From Ruminococcus sp. (GTDB taxonomy: Bacteria; Bacillota; Clostridia; Oscillospirales; Acutalibacteraceae), in contig JBGUOX010000048.1 of the NCBI GenBank assembly GCA_045129995.1, positions 16,381 through 80,380 of the forward strand: 64,000 nucleotides of DNA, written 5' to 3'. The notes beneath the pieces are model-generated. The model was not told the origin of the DNA. It was given only the letters and a program-made list of their open reading frames with translations, and did not search any database. Shown here piece after piece: positions 36,633 to 46,528 of this stretch. The translations under genes were made by a program, and so were the position numbers. How positions within the stretch are numbered: position 1 is the stretch's first letter; each line of letters starts with the position of its first letter.

Positions 36633-37238
36633 ATGGCATTTGATACCTTTGACGAGGGCATTGCGCCCGGCGGACTGAGAAGTAAGAATGAAATCAAAAT
36701 ACTGATTTGCTACCTCTTTGACTCGGTCAAAGACAAGATGAGTCAAAGCTTGGTGGTGGAAGCAATCCGCGCCGACGAGCTTGCAAACTTTTTTGAAATC
36801 GTAGTAGCGTTTGAGGAGCTGGTGAAGGACGGCAATCTTATTGCGAAGGAAACAGTTGACGGCGAGCAGTGTTATGTGCTCAGCGATAACGGCAAGGTAA
36901 TTGCCCGTCAGCTTGAAACTACGCTGGCACATACCGTTAAGCAAAAATCTTATGACTGCGCCCTGCGTCTGCTGAGCGAGCGCAAAACCGCACGCGAAAA
37001 TTTTGTTGATATTCAAAAAAGTGAAAACGGATATAAGGTAAACTGCCGCGTTTCCGGCGGAGATATGGACTTGATGTCCTTTACGCTGTACGCTCCGGCG
37101 TACGAGCAGGCAGAAGTTATTAAGCGCAACTTTTTGAGTTATCCGCAAACCGTATACAAGACGATGCTCGGACTGATGACAAAGGACATCGAAAACGTCG
37201 GCGAAGCACTTGAAGAGGTTTACGGCGAGCTGATTTAA
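36633..37238 (+). CDS. DUF4364-family winged-helix protein
   Basis: PGGLRSKNEIKILICYL, LANFFE; AGGTG RBS before ATG 36633. Confidence 0.7.
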   Translation: MAFDTFDEGIAPGGLRSKNEIKILICYLFDSVKDKMSQSLVVEAIRADELANFFEIVVAFEELVKDGNLIAKETVDGEQCYVLSDNGKVIARQLETTLAHTVKQKSYDCALRLLSERKTARENFVDIQKSENGYKVNCRVSGGDMDLMSFTLYAPAYEQAEVIKRNFLSYPQTVYKTMLGLMTKDIENVGEALEEVYGELI

Positions 37239-37501
37239 AGCATATTCAAAAAAAGGATCAGGGTAACGCCCGGTATTCCTCCGATCAGTGAAACAAGCAC
37301 CGACAAAAGGCTGACGGGGATAAACACTCCGGTAAGCCCTGACAGCAAATTGACAGCGGTAAGCGTGACTGCTCCCGCACCCATCGACAAAAGCGCCCTT
37401 TTTACGGGGCGCTTTTTTTTTGCCGCCGCGTTCAAAACGGTAAACAAAAATAAACATCCTAACAGCAAACCTGTAATTCCCCACCATGGCATATAAAACA
37501 T
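37235..37501 (-). CDS. bofA: Pro-sigma-K processing inhibitor BofA family
   Basis: Small hydrophobic protein with VN...IPVS...GGIPGV motif. Confidence 0.75.
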   Translation of the reverse strand: MFYMPWWGITGLLLGCLFLFTVLNAAAKKKRPVKRALLSMGAGAVTLTAVNLLSGLTGVFIPVSLLSVLVSLIGGIPGVTLILFLNML

Positions 37502-37510
37502 CTCCGAAAC

Positions 37511-37542
37511 AAAAAAATAGACTGCCGATACCGACAGTCTAT
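37511..37542 (-). terminator. Terminator after secG
   Basis: Minus strand ATAGACTGTCG...CGGCAGTCTAT followed by a T-run. Confidence 0.75.
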
Positions 37543-37569
37543 CTTATGCTTGTTTTTTATGTTTTATCC
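37541..37569 (-). promoter_or_regulatory. Putative sigma-E promoter for bofA
   Basis: GGATA-16 nt-CATAAGAT matches ATA-16-CATAnnnT; bofA is sigma-E dependent in B. subtilis. Confidence 0.5.
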
Positions 37570-37818
37570 CAAAAGCTTGAAGAAGGACAGCACGTTCAGC
37601 GCGATAACAAATACAACGAAAACCGCCGCAAAAACTTTTGTCCAGCGAGACAGGAAAGCGTCGATGGAACGCGCTTTGTTCTTGGAGAAGTAGGAATCCG
37701 CCGCGCCGGTAACAACACCGAGGCCCTGCTGATTGCCTTCCTGAAGGATAATTACAATAATGATGGCGATGGAAACGATCGCCAGTACAATGCCCAAAAT
37801 AATGCCCAATGCGTTCAT
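37564..37818 (-). CDS. secG: Preprotein translocase subunit SecG
   Basis: Two TM segments flanking ILQEG...GLG...G-AADSYF; 84 aa. Confidence 0.92.
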   Translation of the reverse strand: MNALGIILGIVLAIVSIAIIIVIILQEGNQQGLGVVTGAADSYFSKNKARSIDAFLSRWTKVFAAVFVVFVIALNVLSFFKLLG

Positions 37819-37918
37819 AATATCGTCCTTTCAAATGCAAAATACATAAATCAACTCATATATATTACCATAGAAAACAAAAGTTTTCAAGGGTTTTTTG
37901 AAATTTTTTGCAACAAAA

Positions 37919-40162
37919 TCAAATAAGCGAAAGCTGCTCGTCGGTTTTGTCCTCGTTGGAGGGCAAAGCACCCAGCGCCGGAAGCGAACGCGTGCGGTAA
38001 CGCGCGGGCTTGGCGAACGTTCCTTCAGAGTATAACTTGAGATCAAACAGGCGGTGTCCCTTTTTGAGCTTCATCACAGCGACGCCCTGTGTGCTTCGCG
38101 TTGTTTTAAGTGCAAGAGCGCCTGTGTGTACAAGCAGCATTCTGCCAGAGGATGCGGTGAAAAGCACCTCAGCGTCCTCGCTTAGCCACAGCATTGCGGT
38201 CAGCGGCGACTTGTCGGAATAGGCGCCCGTCAGCTTTTTGCGATTGGTTTTGGTAGAGTATGCCTCCAGCGGCACCTTTGCCGCCTTGCCGTTTTCAAAG
38301 CCAAAGAGCAAAATACCCTTATAGTCCTTGGTGGCGACCATATATACGGCGTTCTCTCCCTCATCCATTCCGAGCTTTGCGGCGACATAGTCGCCCAAAA
38401 CGCTCGCCTTTGTTGATTCGAAATCATCCGCCTTCGCCTTGTACACCTGAGATTTATCGGTAAAAAACAGCAGATCGCAGTCGTTGGAAAATTCGATCTC
38501 CTGCGTTATCTCGTCGCCTTCCTTCAGCTTGTGCGTATTGCTCATACGAAGAGACTGGGGAGTGATCTTCTTGAAATAACCTTCCTTTGTAAAGAAGAAG
38601 GTGCAGGCATAATCATCTACCGCCGCGTTTTCCTCGTGGTACTGCTGAACATTATCCTCATAAATTATCATACTGCGGCGCGGCTCGCCGTATTTTTCTG
38701 CGACCGCCTTAAGCTCTTTGACAATTATGGTTTTGACGCGCGCCTTGCTTTTTAGAATATCATCAAGCTCGGAAATCTCTTTTTGAAGCTGCTCAATGTC
38801 CTGAGTGCGCTTGAGAATATACTCGCGGTTGAGATGGCGCAGCTTGATCTCCGCGACATACTCCGCCTGGATTTTGTCGATGCCGAAACCGATCATCAGG
38901 TTGGGAACGACTTCGATTTCTTCGTCGGTTTCGCGGATTATTTTGATTGCCTTATCAATATCGAGCAGGATTTTTGCCAAGCCCTCCAAAAGATGAAGGC
39001 GCTCCGCTTTTTTTGTGCGGTCAAAGAAGGTGCGGCGCTTGACGCATTCCATACGAAAGGCGATCCATTCCTCGAGCAGCGCCTTTACGCCGAGCACCAT
39101 CGGAACTCCGCCGATAAGCACGTTAAAGTTGCAGGCGTAGCTGTCCTCCAGCGTTGTGAGCTTGAACAGCTTTGCCATAAGCAAATCGGGATTTGTTCCG
39201 CGCTTAAGGTCGATAGTGATTTTAAGTCCGTCGATACCGGTTTCGTCTCGGACGTCGGAAATCTCTTTCAGCTTGCCCTGCTTGACAAGATCGATGATCT
39301 TCTCGATGATGACCTCGCTTGTTGTAGTGGAAGGGATGGCTGTGATGTCAATACAGTTTTCGCTTTTATCGTAGGTATAGCGCGCGCGCAGACGGATGCT
39401 GCCGCGACCGGTCTCATAGACCTGATCTATGGTTTTTTCGTCGTAAAGGATTTGACAGCCGCCGATGAAATCAGGCGCAGGCAGCGTGCTTTTGACGTCA
39501 TGGTCGGGGTCGCGGATTATCGCCGCGGTTGTTTCACATACTTCCCTTAGGTTGAAGGAGCAGATGTTTGACGCCATACCAACCGCGATACCGGTGTTGG
39601 TGTTGACAAGCACCGACGGGAAGGTAGCAGGCAGAAGGCTTGGCTCCTTCATAGTGTTGTCGTAGTTATCGACGAAATCAACGGTGTCCTTGTCGATGTC
39701 GCAGAACAGCTCGTTGCAGATGGGCGCAAGCTTGGCTTCTGTATAACGCGAAGCCGCCCACGCCATATCACGGCTGTAGAATTTACCGAAGTTTCCCTTG
39801 GAATCGACATACGGGTGCAGCAGGGCTTCATAGCCGCGCGACAAGCGCACCATTGTGTCATAAATAGCGGCGTCGCCGTGAGGATTCAGCTTCATCGTTG
39901 CGCCGACGATATTAGCCGACTTGGTGCGGTTGCCCTTTAAAAGTCCCATTTTGTACATAGTAAACAGCAGCTTGCGGTGCGAAGGCTTGAAGCCGTCGAT
40001 TTCCGGGATAGCGCGTGACAAAATTACGCTCATCGCGTAGGGCATAAAATTTTCGCGAATGGTGGAAACGATTGGCTGTTCCACCACCTCGCCGGCGCCG
40101 TTGATGACGCCGTGAATCTTAGAAGGCATCGCCTTTGGTGTTTTCTTTTTTCTTGGTGCCAA
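37919..40162 (-). CDS. parC: Type IIA DNA topoisomerase subunit A (GyrA/ParC family; topo IV-like)
   Basis: DGFKPSHR, NPHGD, catalytic SRYTE, GIAVGMA; no GyrA-box (QxRGGKG) visible, so the parC symbol is inferred; TTG start after AGGAGG. Confidence 0.85.
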   Translation of the reverse strand: MAPRKKKTPKAMPSKIHGVINGAGEVVEQPIVSTIRENFMPYAMSVILSRAIPEIDGFKPSHRKLLFTMYKMGLLKGNRTKSANIVGATMKLNPHGDAAIYDTMVRLSRGYEALLHPYVDSKGNFGKFYSRDMAWAASRYTEAKLAPICNELFCDIDKDTVDFVDNYDNTMKEPSLLPATFPSVLVNTNTGIAVGMASNICSFNLREVCETTAAIIRDPDHDVKSTLPAPDFIGGCQILYDEKTIDQVYETGRGSIRLRARYTYDKSENCIDITAIPSTTTSEVIIEKIIDLVKQGKLKEISDVRDETGIDGLKITIDLKRGTNPDLLMAKLFKLTTLEDSYACNFNVLIGGVPMVLGVKALLEEWIAFRMECVKRRTFFDRTKKAERLHLLEGLAKILLDIDKAIKIIRETDEEIEVVPNLMIGFGIDKIQAEYVAEIKLRHLNREYILKRTQDIEQLQKEISELDDILKSKARVKTIIVKELKAVAEKYGEPRRSMIIYEDNVQQYHEENAAVDDYACTFFFTKEGYFKKITPQSLRMSNTHKLKEGDEITQEIEFSNDCDLLFFTDKSQVYKAKADDFESTKASVLGDYVAAKLGMDEGENAVYMVATKDYKGILLFGFENGKAAKVPLEAYSTKTNRKKLTGAYSDKSPLTAMLWLSEDAEVLFTASSGRMLLVHTGALALKTTRSTQGVAVMKLKKGHRLFDLKLYSEGTFAKPARYRTRSLPALGALPSNEDKTDEQLSLI

Positions 40163-40176
40163 AGCGATCGCCTCCT

Positions 40177-42162
40177 TCAGCTGACGTCGAGCTGGTCGAT
40201 GTATTCGTTGCCGTGCTCGACGATGTAGTCTTTTCTGGCTTGCAGGTTGTTGCCGATCAAGATGTCAAAAATCTCCGCCGTCTGCGCCGCGTCATCGGGC
40301 ATTACCTTAATTAAACGGCGTGTTTTCGGATTCATTGTGGTGAGATTCATCATATCGGGTTCGTTCTCACCAAGTCCCTTACTGCGCTGAATCGTGTATT
40401 TTTCCTCTCCTATTTGCTCAATAAAGCTGTCCTTTTCCACCTCGTCATAGGCAAAATACACCTCGTTTTTGGTGGTGATCTCATACAGCGGAGACTCGGC
40501 GATGAACACCTTGCCCTCGCGGATCAGCGTTGGTGTTAAACGGTAAAGCATAGTGAGCAGCATAGTGCGGATGTGGAAGCCGTCGACGTCGGCATCGGTG
40601 CAGATGATGACCTTGTTCCAGCGCAGAGAGTCCATATCGAAGGTGGCAAGGTTTTTGTTCGCCTTGCTTTTGACCTCGACTCCGCAGCCGAGAACACGCA
40701 GCAGATCGGTGATGATGTCACTTTTGAAAATACGGTCATAGTCTACCTTAAGGCAGTTGAGGATCTTGCCTCGAATTGGCATAATAGCCTGAAAATCAGG
40801 GTCGCGCGCCTGCACACAGGCGCCTTTTGCGGAGTCGCCCTCTACGATAAATAATTCTCTTGCGGAAATATCCTTGCTGCGGCAATCGACAAATTTTTCT
40901 ACGCGGTTGGTCATATCCAGATTGCCCGAAAGCTTTTTCTTGATGTTCAGACGTGTTTTTTCGGCGTTCTCACGACTGCGCTTATTGATCAGCACCTGCT
41001 CGGCGATTTTTTCCGCCTCAAGCGGATTCTCGATAAAATATATCTCTAAGCTTTGACGCAGAAAAGCCGTCATAGCGTCCTGAATACCCTTGTTGGTGAC
41101 CGCCTTCTTTGTTTGGTTCTCATATGAGGACACACTGGAAAAAGACGAAATCACACAGACAAGACAGTCGGCGACGTCATCGTAATTGATCTTCTTTTCT
41201 GTTTTGTTATATTTATTGTTATTCTTTAGATAATTGTCGATTTGATAAACAAAAGCGTTGCGCACCGCCTTGTCAGGCGCGCCGCCGTGCTCCAGCCAGC
41301 TGGAGTTATGGTAGTATTCGGTGGTGCTGACCTTATTGGAAAAAGCAACGGCAATGTCCATTTTGCACTTGTATTCGGGCTTGTCCTCACGGTCGCGTGT
41401 TTTGACCTCGGTTTCCCAGTGCTGAACTCCGCTGAGCCCGTCGTTTCCGATGATTTCGGCAACATGATCAACTACGCCGTTGACATAGTTGAAGGTGGTA
41501 GTTTCAAATCTTTTGCCGTTCTGATTGCGGAAAATAAATTCCACACCGGCGTTGACGATCGCCTGACGCTTCATTACGTCTAGAAAATAGTCCGGCGCTA
41601 TGTCAATGTCGGTAAAGACCTCCAAGTCGGGCTTCCATGTGATTTTTGTTCCGGTGTCTTTTTTGGCGTAGGGTTCTTTCTTCAAGCCGCCGACATTTTC
41701 GCCCTTTTCAAAGTGAAGGGTGTAGCGGTAGCCGTCGCGGCGAATATCAACGTCCATATATTCGGAACTGTACTGAGTGGAGCAAAGGCCGAGACCGTTC
41801 ATACCCAGGGAAAACTCGTAGCTCTCCCCTTCGTTGTTATTATACTTTCCTCCCGCGTACATTTCGCAGAACACCAGCTCCCAGTTGAAACGGTTTTCCT
41901 TCTCATTGAAGTCAACAGGAATGCCGCGGCCGTGATCCTCTACCTCGATCGAGCCGTCAGCAAAACGGGTGACGGTAATTTTTTTACCGTGCCCTTCGCG
42001 GGCCTCGTCGATGGAGTTGGAGAGAATTTCAAACACGGAATGCTGACAGCCGTCGATACCGTCCGAGCCGAAAATGACCGCCGGACGTTTGCGCACACGG
42101 TCGGCGCCCTTTAGGGTGGTGATACTGTCGTTGCCGTATTCCTGCACCTTTTTTCTTGCCAT
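40177..42162 (-). CDS. parE: Type IIA DNA topoisomerase subunit B (GyrB/ParE family)
   Basis: VRKRP, NSIDE, DHGRGIP, EGDSA, PIRGKILN, DADVDG, KGLGE; parE symbol inferred from its partner. Confidence 0.85.
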   Translation of the reverse strand: MARKKVQEYGNDSITTLKGADRVRKRPAVIFGSDGIDGCQHSVFEILSNSIDEAREGHGKKITVTRFADGSIEVEDHGRGIPVDFNEKENRFNWELVFCEMYAGGKYNNNEGESYEFSLGMNGLGLCSTQYSSEYMDVDIRRDGYRYTLHFEKGENVGGLKKEPYAKKDTGTKITWKPDLEVFTDIDIAPDYFLDVMKRQAIVNAGVEFIFRNQNGKRFETTTFNYVNGVVDHVAEIIGNDGLSGVQHWETEVKTRDREDKPEYKCKMDIAVAFSNKVSTTEYYHNSSWLEHGGAPDKAVRNAFVYQIDNYLKNNNKYNKTEKKINYDDVADCLVCVISSFSSVSSYENQTKKAVTNKGIQDAMTAFLRQSLEIYFIENPLEAEKIAEQVLINKRSRENAEKTRLNIKKKLSGNLDMTNRVEKFVDCRSKDISARELFIVEGDSAKGACVQARDPDFQAIMPIRGKILNCLKVDYDRIFKSDIITDLLRVLGCGVEVKSKANKNLATFDMDSLRWNKVIICTDADVDGFHIRTMLLTMLYRLTPTLIREGKVFIAESPLYEITTKNEVYFAYDEVEKDSFIEQIGEEKYTIQRSKGLGENEPDMMNLTTMNPKTRRLIKVMPDDAAQTAEIFDILIGNNLQARKDYIVEHGNEYIDQLDVS

Positions 42163-42208
42163 ATACTACTTCCTTTTTCATAGTTGAGAGGAAAGTGAAG
42201 CGACCGCT

Positions 42209-44164
42209 TTATTCTCCTCTCAGCTTTTTGATTTTATCTCTTAAATATGCGGCGTGCTCAAATTCAAGCAATCTTGCCGCAGCTTTCATTTCTTTTGTAA
42301 GGCTTTCGATCAGCTGCTGACGCTGCGCCTTGCTCAGCTTCTTTGTGTTCTTGAACTCGCTTTCGGAATGTGTGGAGATTTCAAGGATCTCGCTGACTTT
42401 CTTTACGATAGTCTGCGGCACGATACCGTGCTCCTCATTGTATTTTTGCTGGATCTCACGACGGCGGTTGGTTTCGACAAGCGTTTGCTGCATTGAATCC
42501 GTTACGCTGTCGGCGTACATAATGACCATACCCTCGCTGTTGCGCGCCGCGCGTCCTACGATCTGAATAAGCGAACGCGCACTGCGCAAAAATCCTTCCT
42601 TGTCCGCATCCAGAACAGCGACAAGCGAAACCTCCGGAATGTCCAGTCCTTCGCGCAGCAGGTTGATACCGACCAGCACGTCAAATTCACCGAGCCTCAG
42701 ATCGCGTACGATCTCCATACGCTCCACCGTGTCGATGTCGTGGTGCATATATCGCACGCGAATACCCATTGTTTCAAGGTAGTCGGTCAGATCCTCAGCC
42801 ATTTTTTTGGTGAGCGTAGTAACAAGGACACGCTGTTTCTTGGCGGTTCGCAGGTTGATTTCGGACACCAGATCATCAAGCTGTCCCTCTGTGGGACGGA
42901 CAGAAATCTCGGGGTCAAGCAAACCGGTAGGACGGATGATCTGCTCGGCGACGACGCGGCTTTTTTCGAGCTCCAAATCGCCGGGCGTTGCGCTGACAAA
43001 AACCGCCTGATTAATGTGCGCGTAAAACTCGTCAAAATTGAGCGGACGATTATCGTATGCCGACGGCAAACGGAAGCCGTAATCTATCAGGCTCTTTTTG
43101 CGCGCGCGGTCTCCGGCATACATACCTCGCACCTGCGGCAGCGTGACATGGCTTTCATCCACAAACAGCAAAAAGTCGTCGGGAAAATAATCGAGCAGCG
43201 TGTAGGGCGAAGATCCCGGCGCTCTGCCCGAAAGAATGCGCGAATAGTTCTCTATTCCGGAACAAAAGCCGATTTCCTGCAGCATTTCCATATCATAGCG
43301 CGTGCGCTGTTCAATACGCTGCGCTTCCAAAAGCTTGCCGTTTTCACGGAAATACGCAAGGCGTTCATTCAGCTCGCGCTCGATCTCCGCCAGCGCGACC
43401 TGCATTTTGTCACGCGAAACGATGTAGTGCGACGCAGGATAGATGGCGGCGTGCTTAAGGATCGCCTTCAACTCGCCCGTGAGCGGATTGATTTCGGAAA
43501 TGCGGTCAATCTCATCGCCGAAAAATTCTACTCGGATTATCGAATCTCCGGACGCCGCGGGAAAAATCTCAACGACATCTCCCCTGACGCGGAATTTGTT
43601 GCGAATGAAGTTAATATCATTGCGCTCATATTGCAGCTCGACCAGCTTTTTTAACAGCTCGTCGCGCGACTTTTCCATTCCCGGGCGCAGCGATATGACC
43701 ATATTGCGGTAATCAATAGGATCGCCCAGGCTGTAAATACAGGAAACCGAGGCGACGATTATGACGTCGCGACGCTCGGACAGAGCAAGTGTGGCGCTGT
43801 GGCGAAGCTTGTCGATTTCGTCGTTGATGGAGCTGTCCTTTTCGATGTAGGTATCGGTTTGGGCAACATAGGCTTCCGGCTGATAGTAATCGTAGTAGGA
43901 AACAAAATACTCAACGGCATTGTCGGGGAAAATCTCTTTGAACTCGCTGCAAAGCTGTGCGGCAAGAGTTTTGTTGTGCGCCAGCACAAGCGTTGGCCGC
44001 TGGGTACGTTCTATGACATTTGCCATAGTAAAGGTTTTTCCGGAACCCGTAACGCCGAGAAGTGTGGTTTCCTTATTGCCTGCATTGATGCTGTTGACGA
44101 TCGCGTCGATCGCCTGCGGCTGATCGCCTGTGGGACGGTATTTTGAATGTATTTTAAAATTCAT
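42209..44164 (-). CDS. uvrB: Excinuclease ABC subunit B
   Basis: [41 protein letters not shown]-terminal UVR domain. Confidence 0.98.
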   Translation of the reverse strand: MNFKIHSKYRPTGDQPQAIDAIVNSINAGNKETTLLGVTGSGKTFTMANVIERTQRPTLVLAHNKTLAAQLCSEFKEIFPDNAVEYFVSYYDYYQPEAYVAQTDTYIEKDSSINDEIDKLRHSATLALSERRDVIIVASVSCIYSLGDPIDYRNMVISLRPGMEKSRDELLKKLVELQYERNDINFIRNKFRVRGDVVEIFPAASGDSIIRVEFFGDEIDRISEINPLTGELKAILKHAAIYPASHYIVSRDKMQVALAEIERELNERLAYFRENGKLLEAQRIEQRTRYDMEMLQEIGFCSGIENYSRILSGRAPGSSPYTLLDYFPDDFLLFVDESHVTLPQVRGMYAGDRARKKSLIDYGFRLPSAYDNRPLNFDEFYAHINQAVFVSATPGDLELEKSRVVAEQIIRPTGLLDPEISVRPTEGQLDDLVSEINLRTAKKQRVLVTTLTKKMAEDLTDYLETMGIRVRYMHHDIDTVERMEIVRDLRLGEFDVLVGINLLREGLDIPEVSLVAVLDADKEGFLRSARSLIQIVGRAARNSEGMVIMYADSVTDSMQQTLVETNRRREIQQKYNEEHGIVPQTIVKKVSEILEISTHSESEFKNTKKLSKAQRQQLIESLTKEMKAAARLLEFEHAAYLRDKIKKLRGE

Positions 44165-44912
44165 ATAGCTTATCCACAAAAACCTTACTGAATTTCTTTT
44201 CCGAGCGAATCGAAAAATAATCGTTAGAGGTGATAACGAAGTGATCTACCAGCGAAATGCCCAAAGCATACAATGTTTCAGAGATAGTATGCGTTGTTTC
44301 CAAATCAGGCCGTGAAGGCATACACAGCTCGCTGGGGTGATTGTGAGCCAAATAAACATATCTCGCGTTCATACGCAGTGAAAGATCAACTATCTTGCGG
44401 ATCGGCAGATCCGTAGCGGTGAGCGATCCGACGGAAATGATGTCGCTGTAAACTAAATGTCTTTTGGAATTGCTAAGCACGACAGCTACCTTTTCCGTAG
44501 TGGCGCCGATGAATTTAGGGCGCAGCAGATCCAAAGCGATGTGACGGTTTACAAACTGACCGTCCGCGGCGGAATCAACATAGGCTGACGCCATTGCAGG
44601 AATCATCCTCAGCAGCACAGCCGCCGTTTCGGTAAGACCGAAATCGCGCTGTAAAATATCGATAGGCGCATTGCACACGCCTGCAAAGGTGCCGAATCTG
44701 TCGAGTAAACGATGTGCCAATTCATTGGTGTCCTTGCGCGGAATAGCGTAATACAAAAGCATTTCAAGCTTTTCGTGCGTTTCAAAGCCTTCAATTCCGC
44801 GTTCGATGAATCGCTTGCGCATACGCTGCCGGTGACCGGCATGGATATTTTTTGGCTTTTCGCTTTTTCCGGTCTTTTCGGATCTTTCGGTATTCTCCGT
44901 CTTTTCGCTCAT
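44154..44912 (-). CDS. radC: RadC/JAB-domain protein
   Basis: [28 protein letters not shown]...PS-x-x-D, LVDH. Confidence 0.92.
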   Translation of the reverse strand: MSEKTENTERSEKTGKSEKPKNIHAGHRQRMRKRFIERGIEGFETHEKLEMLLYYAIPRKDTNELAHRLLDRFGTFAGVCNAPIDILQRDFGLTETAAVLLRMIPAMASAYVDSAADGQFVNRHIALDLLRPKFIGATTEKVAVVLSNSKRHLVYSDIISVGSLTATDLPIRKIVDLSLRMNARYVYLAHNHPSELCMPSRPDLETTHTISETLYALGISLVDHFVITSNDYFSIRSEKKFSKVFVDKLYEF

Positions 44913-44925
44913 AACCGTCTCCTGA

Positions 44926-45600
44926 TTATTTTACACCATATTGCTCGTAATAAGCATCGATTGCGGCTTTTAGAGTATCGTCGATTATAACTCTGCCTTT
45001 ATACTCACGGTTGTAAAGATGCTCGACAACCTCAGCCATTGTAACGATAGCGGTTGTTTTGAGTCCGTATTTTTCCTCAATTTCAGCCAGCGCGCTTTTT
45101 TCTCCCTGACCTCTTTCCATACGGTCAACGGAAACAACCAAACCGACAGGGCTCACATTGCCCTGAGCCTTGATGATCGGCAGGGTTTCCTCGATAGAGG
45201 TACCGGCGGTGGTAACGTCCTCGATGATAACCACCTTGTCTCCGTCGTTGATGGGACTTCCGAGCAGGATGCCCTTGTCGCCGTGATCCTTGATCTCTTT
45301 GCGGTTGGAGCAATAACGAATATCCTTGTCAAACTTTTCGCTGATGGCGATCGTAGCGGCTACGGACAGCGGAATGCCCTTATAGGCAGGTCCGAACAGC
45401 ACATCGAAATCAAGTCCGAAGGTATTGTTTATTGCCTCGGCATAATACGCGCCGAGTCTGCGCAGCTGCGCGCCGGTGCGGTAAAAACCGGTGTTAACAA
45501 AGAAAGGCGTTTTTCTGCCGCTCTTGGTAACGAAATCGCCGAACTTGAGCACCTGACAATCAACCATAAATTCTATAAATTCTTTTTTATAAGCTTCCAT
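44926..45600 (-). CDS. pyrE: Orotate phosphoribosyltransferase
   Basis: FGDFVTKSGR, FGPAYKGI, RKEIKDHG, IIEDVTTAGTS. Confidence 0.97.
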   Translation of the reverse strand: MEAYKKEFIEFMVDCQVLKFGDFVTKSGRKTPFFVNTGFYRTGAQLRRLGAYYAEAINNTFGLDFDVLFGPAYKGIPLSVAATIAISEKFDKDIRYCSNRKEIKDHGDKGILLGSPINDGDKVVIIEDVTTAGTSIEETLPIIKAQGNVSPVGLVVSVDRMERGQGEKSALAEIEEKYGLKTTAIVTMAEVVEHLYNREYKGRVIIDDTLKAAIDAYYEQYGVK

Positions 45601-45787
45601 CGTGTACCTCCGTTATCAAATATTTGTTTGCATAATTACACAAATATAATTCTATCACAAGATATGGTATTTGTAAAGGCAAAAACCACATTTTATTGTT
45701 ACAAAATCGACATAACACCATTATAAAGCAAAGCGCCAAAGCCGCTTTTTCCGTCCGCAGACAGACATTGCGACTTTGACGCTTGTA

Positions 45788-46528
45788 TTATTGGATTTTG
45801 GAAACGATTTGCCGCTTGTACCGCAAAAACTCTTCGGTCAAATTGAAGTCCTTTCGGCGTGGCTTTGGCTCGCTGATGACGATCTCATCTGTAATGGTGC
45901 CCGGCTTGCCTCCGAGAAGGTAAATTCGGTCGGAAAGAAAAATTGCTTCATCGACGTCGTGTGTGATGAAAATTGCGGACAGCTTGATTCTTTCCATCAC
46001 ATCGAGGTACCAGCGGTGCATTTCGCTTTTTGTGATTGTGTCCAGCGCGCTGAACGGCTCGTCCAGCAGCGCGGCTTCACTTGAAAACATATAGGTTCTC
46101 AGAAGCGCGGCGCGCTGGCGCATACCGCCAGATAACTCGGCAGGATATTTCTTTTGCGTTCCCTCAATGCCGAACTGTTCAAACATCGCCGACGCCTCTT
46201 CACGCGCCTTACGCTTGGGCATTCCCTTCAAAATAAGCGGCAAAGCGACGTTATCTACCACCGTTCTAAACGGTAGCAGCATATCCTTTTGCAGCATATA
46301 GCTGATTTTTCCGGTCTTGCCTGTAATATCCTCGCCATTGAGCAGCACGCTGCCCTTTTGCGGCACGTTAAGTCCAGCGATGACATTAAACAAGGTGGTT
46401 TTGCCGCCGCCGCTGACGCCGAGCAAACAAACCAGCTCGCCCTCTTGCAGCGTTATGTTGATATTTTCTATAACGGGCGTTTTGTTGTCATATGAAAACG
46501 TAACGTCCCTGACCTCCAGCGCCGCCAT
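45788..46528 (-). CDS. ABC transporter ATP-binding protein (ThiZ-like)
   Basis: GVSGGGKT, LSGGMRQR, LLDEPFSALD, THD. Confidence 0.93.
   Translation of the reverse strand: MAALEVRDVTFSYDNKTPVIENINITLQEGELVCLLGVSGGGKTTLFNVIAGLNVPQKGSVLLNGEDITGKTGKISYMLQKDMLLPFRTVVDNVALPLILKGMPKRKAREEASAMFEQFGIEGTQKKYPAELSGGMRQRAALLRTYMFSSEAALLDEPFSALDTITKSEMHRWYLDVMERIKLSAIFITHDVDEAIFLSDRIYLLGGKPGTITDEIVISEPKPRRKDFNLTEEFLRYKRQIVSKIQ

Noticed and set aside
36549-37487. 312-aa minus ORF spanning the DUF4364 and bofA genes
   Set aside because: Overlaps two better-supported genes and has no recognisable motifs.
44154-44912. radC as a marker of a mobile element
   Set aside because: Full-length chromosomal-type RadC among housekeeping genes; no integrase, transposase or att sites nearby.
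45601-45787. PyrR attenuator upstream of pyrE
   Set aside because: No PyrR-binding loop or leader terminator seen; the leader is short.
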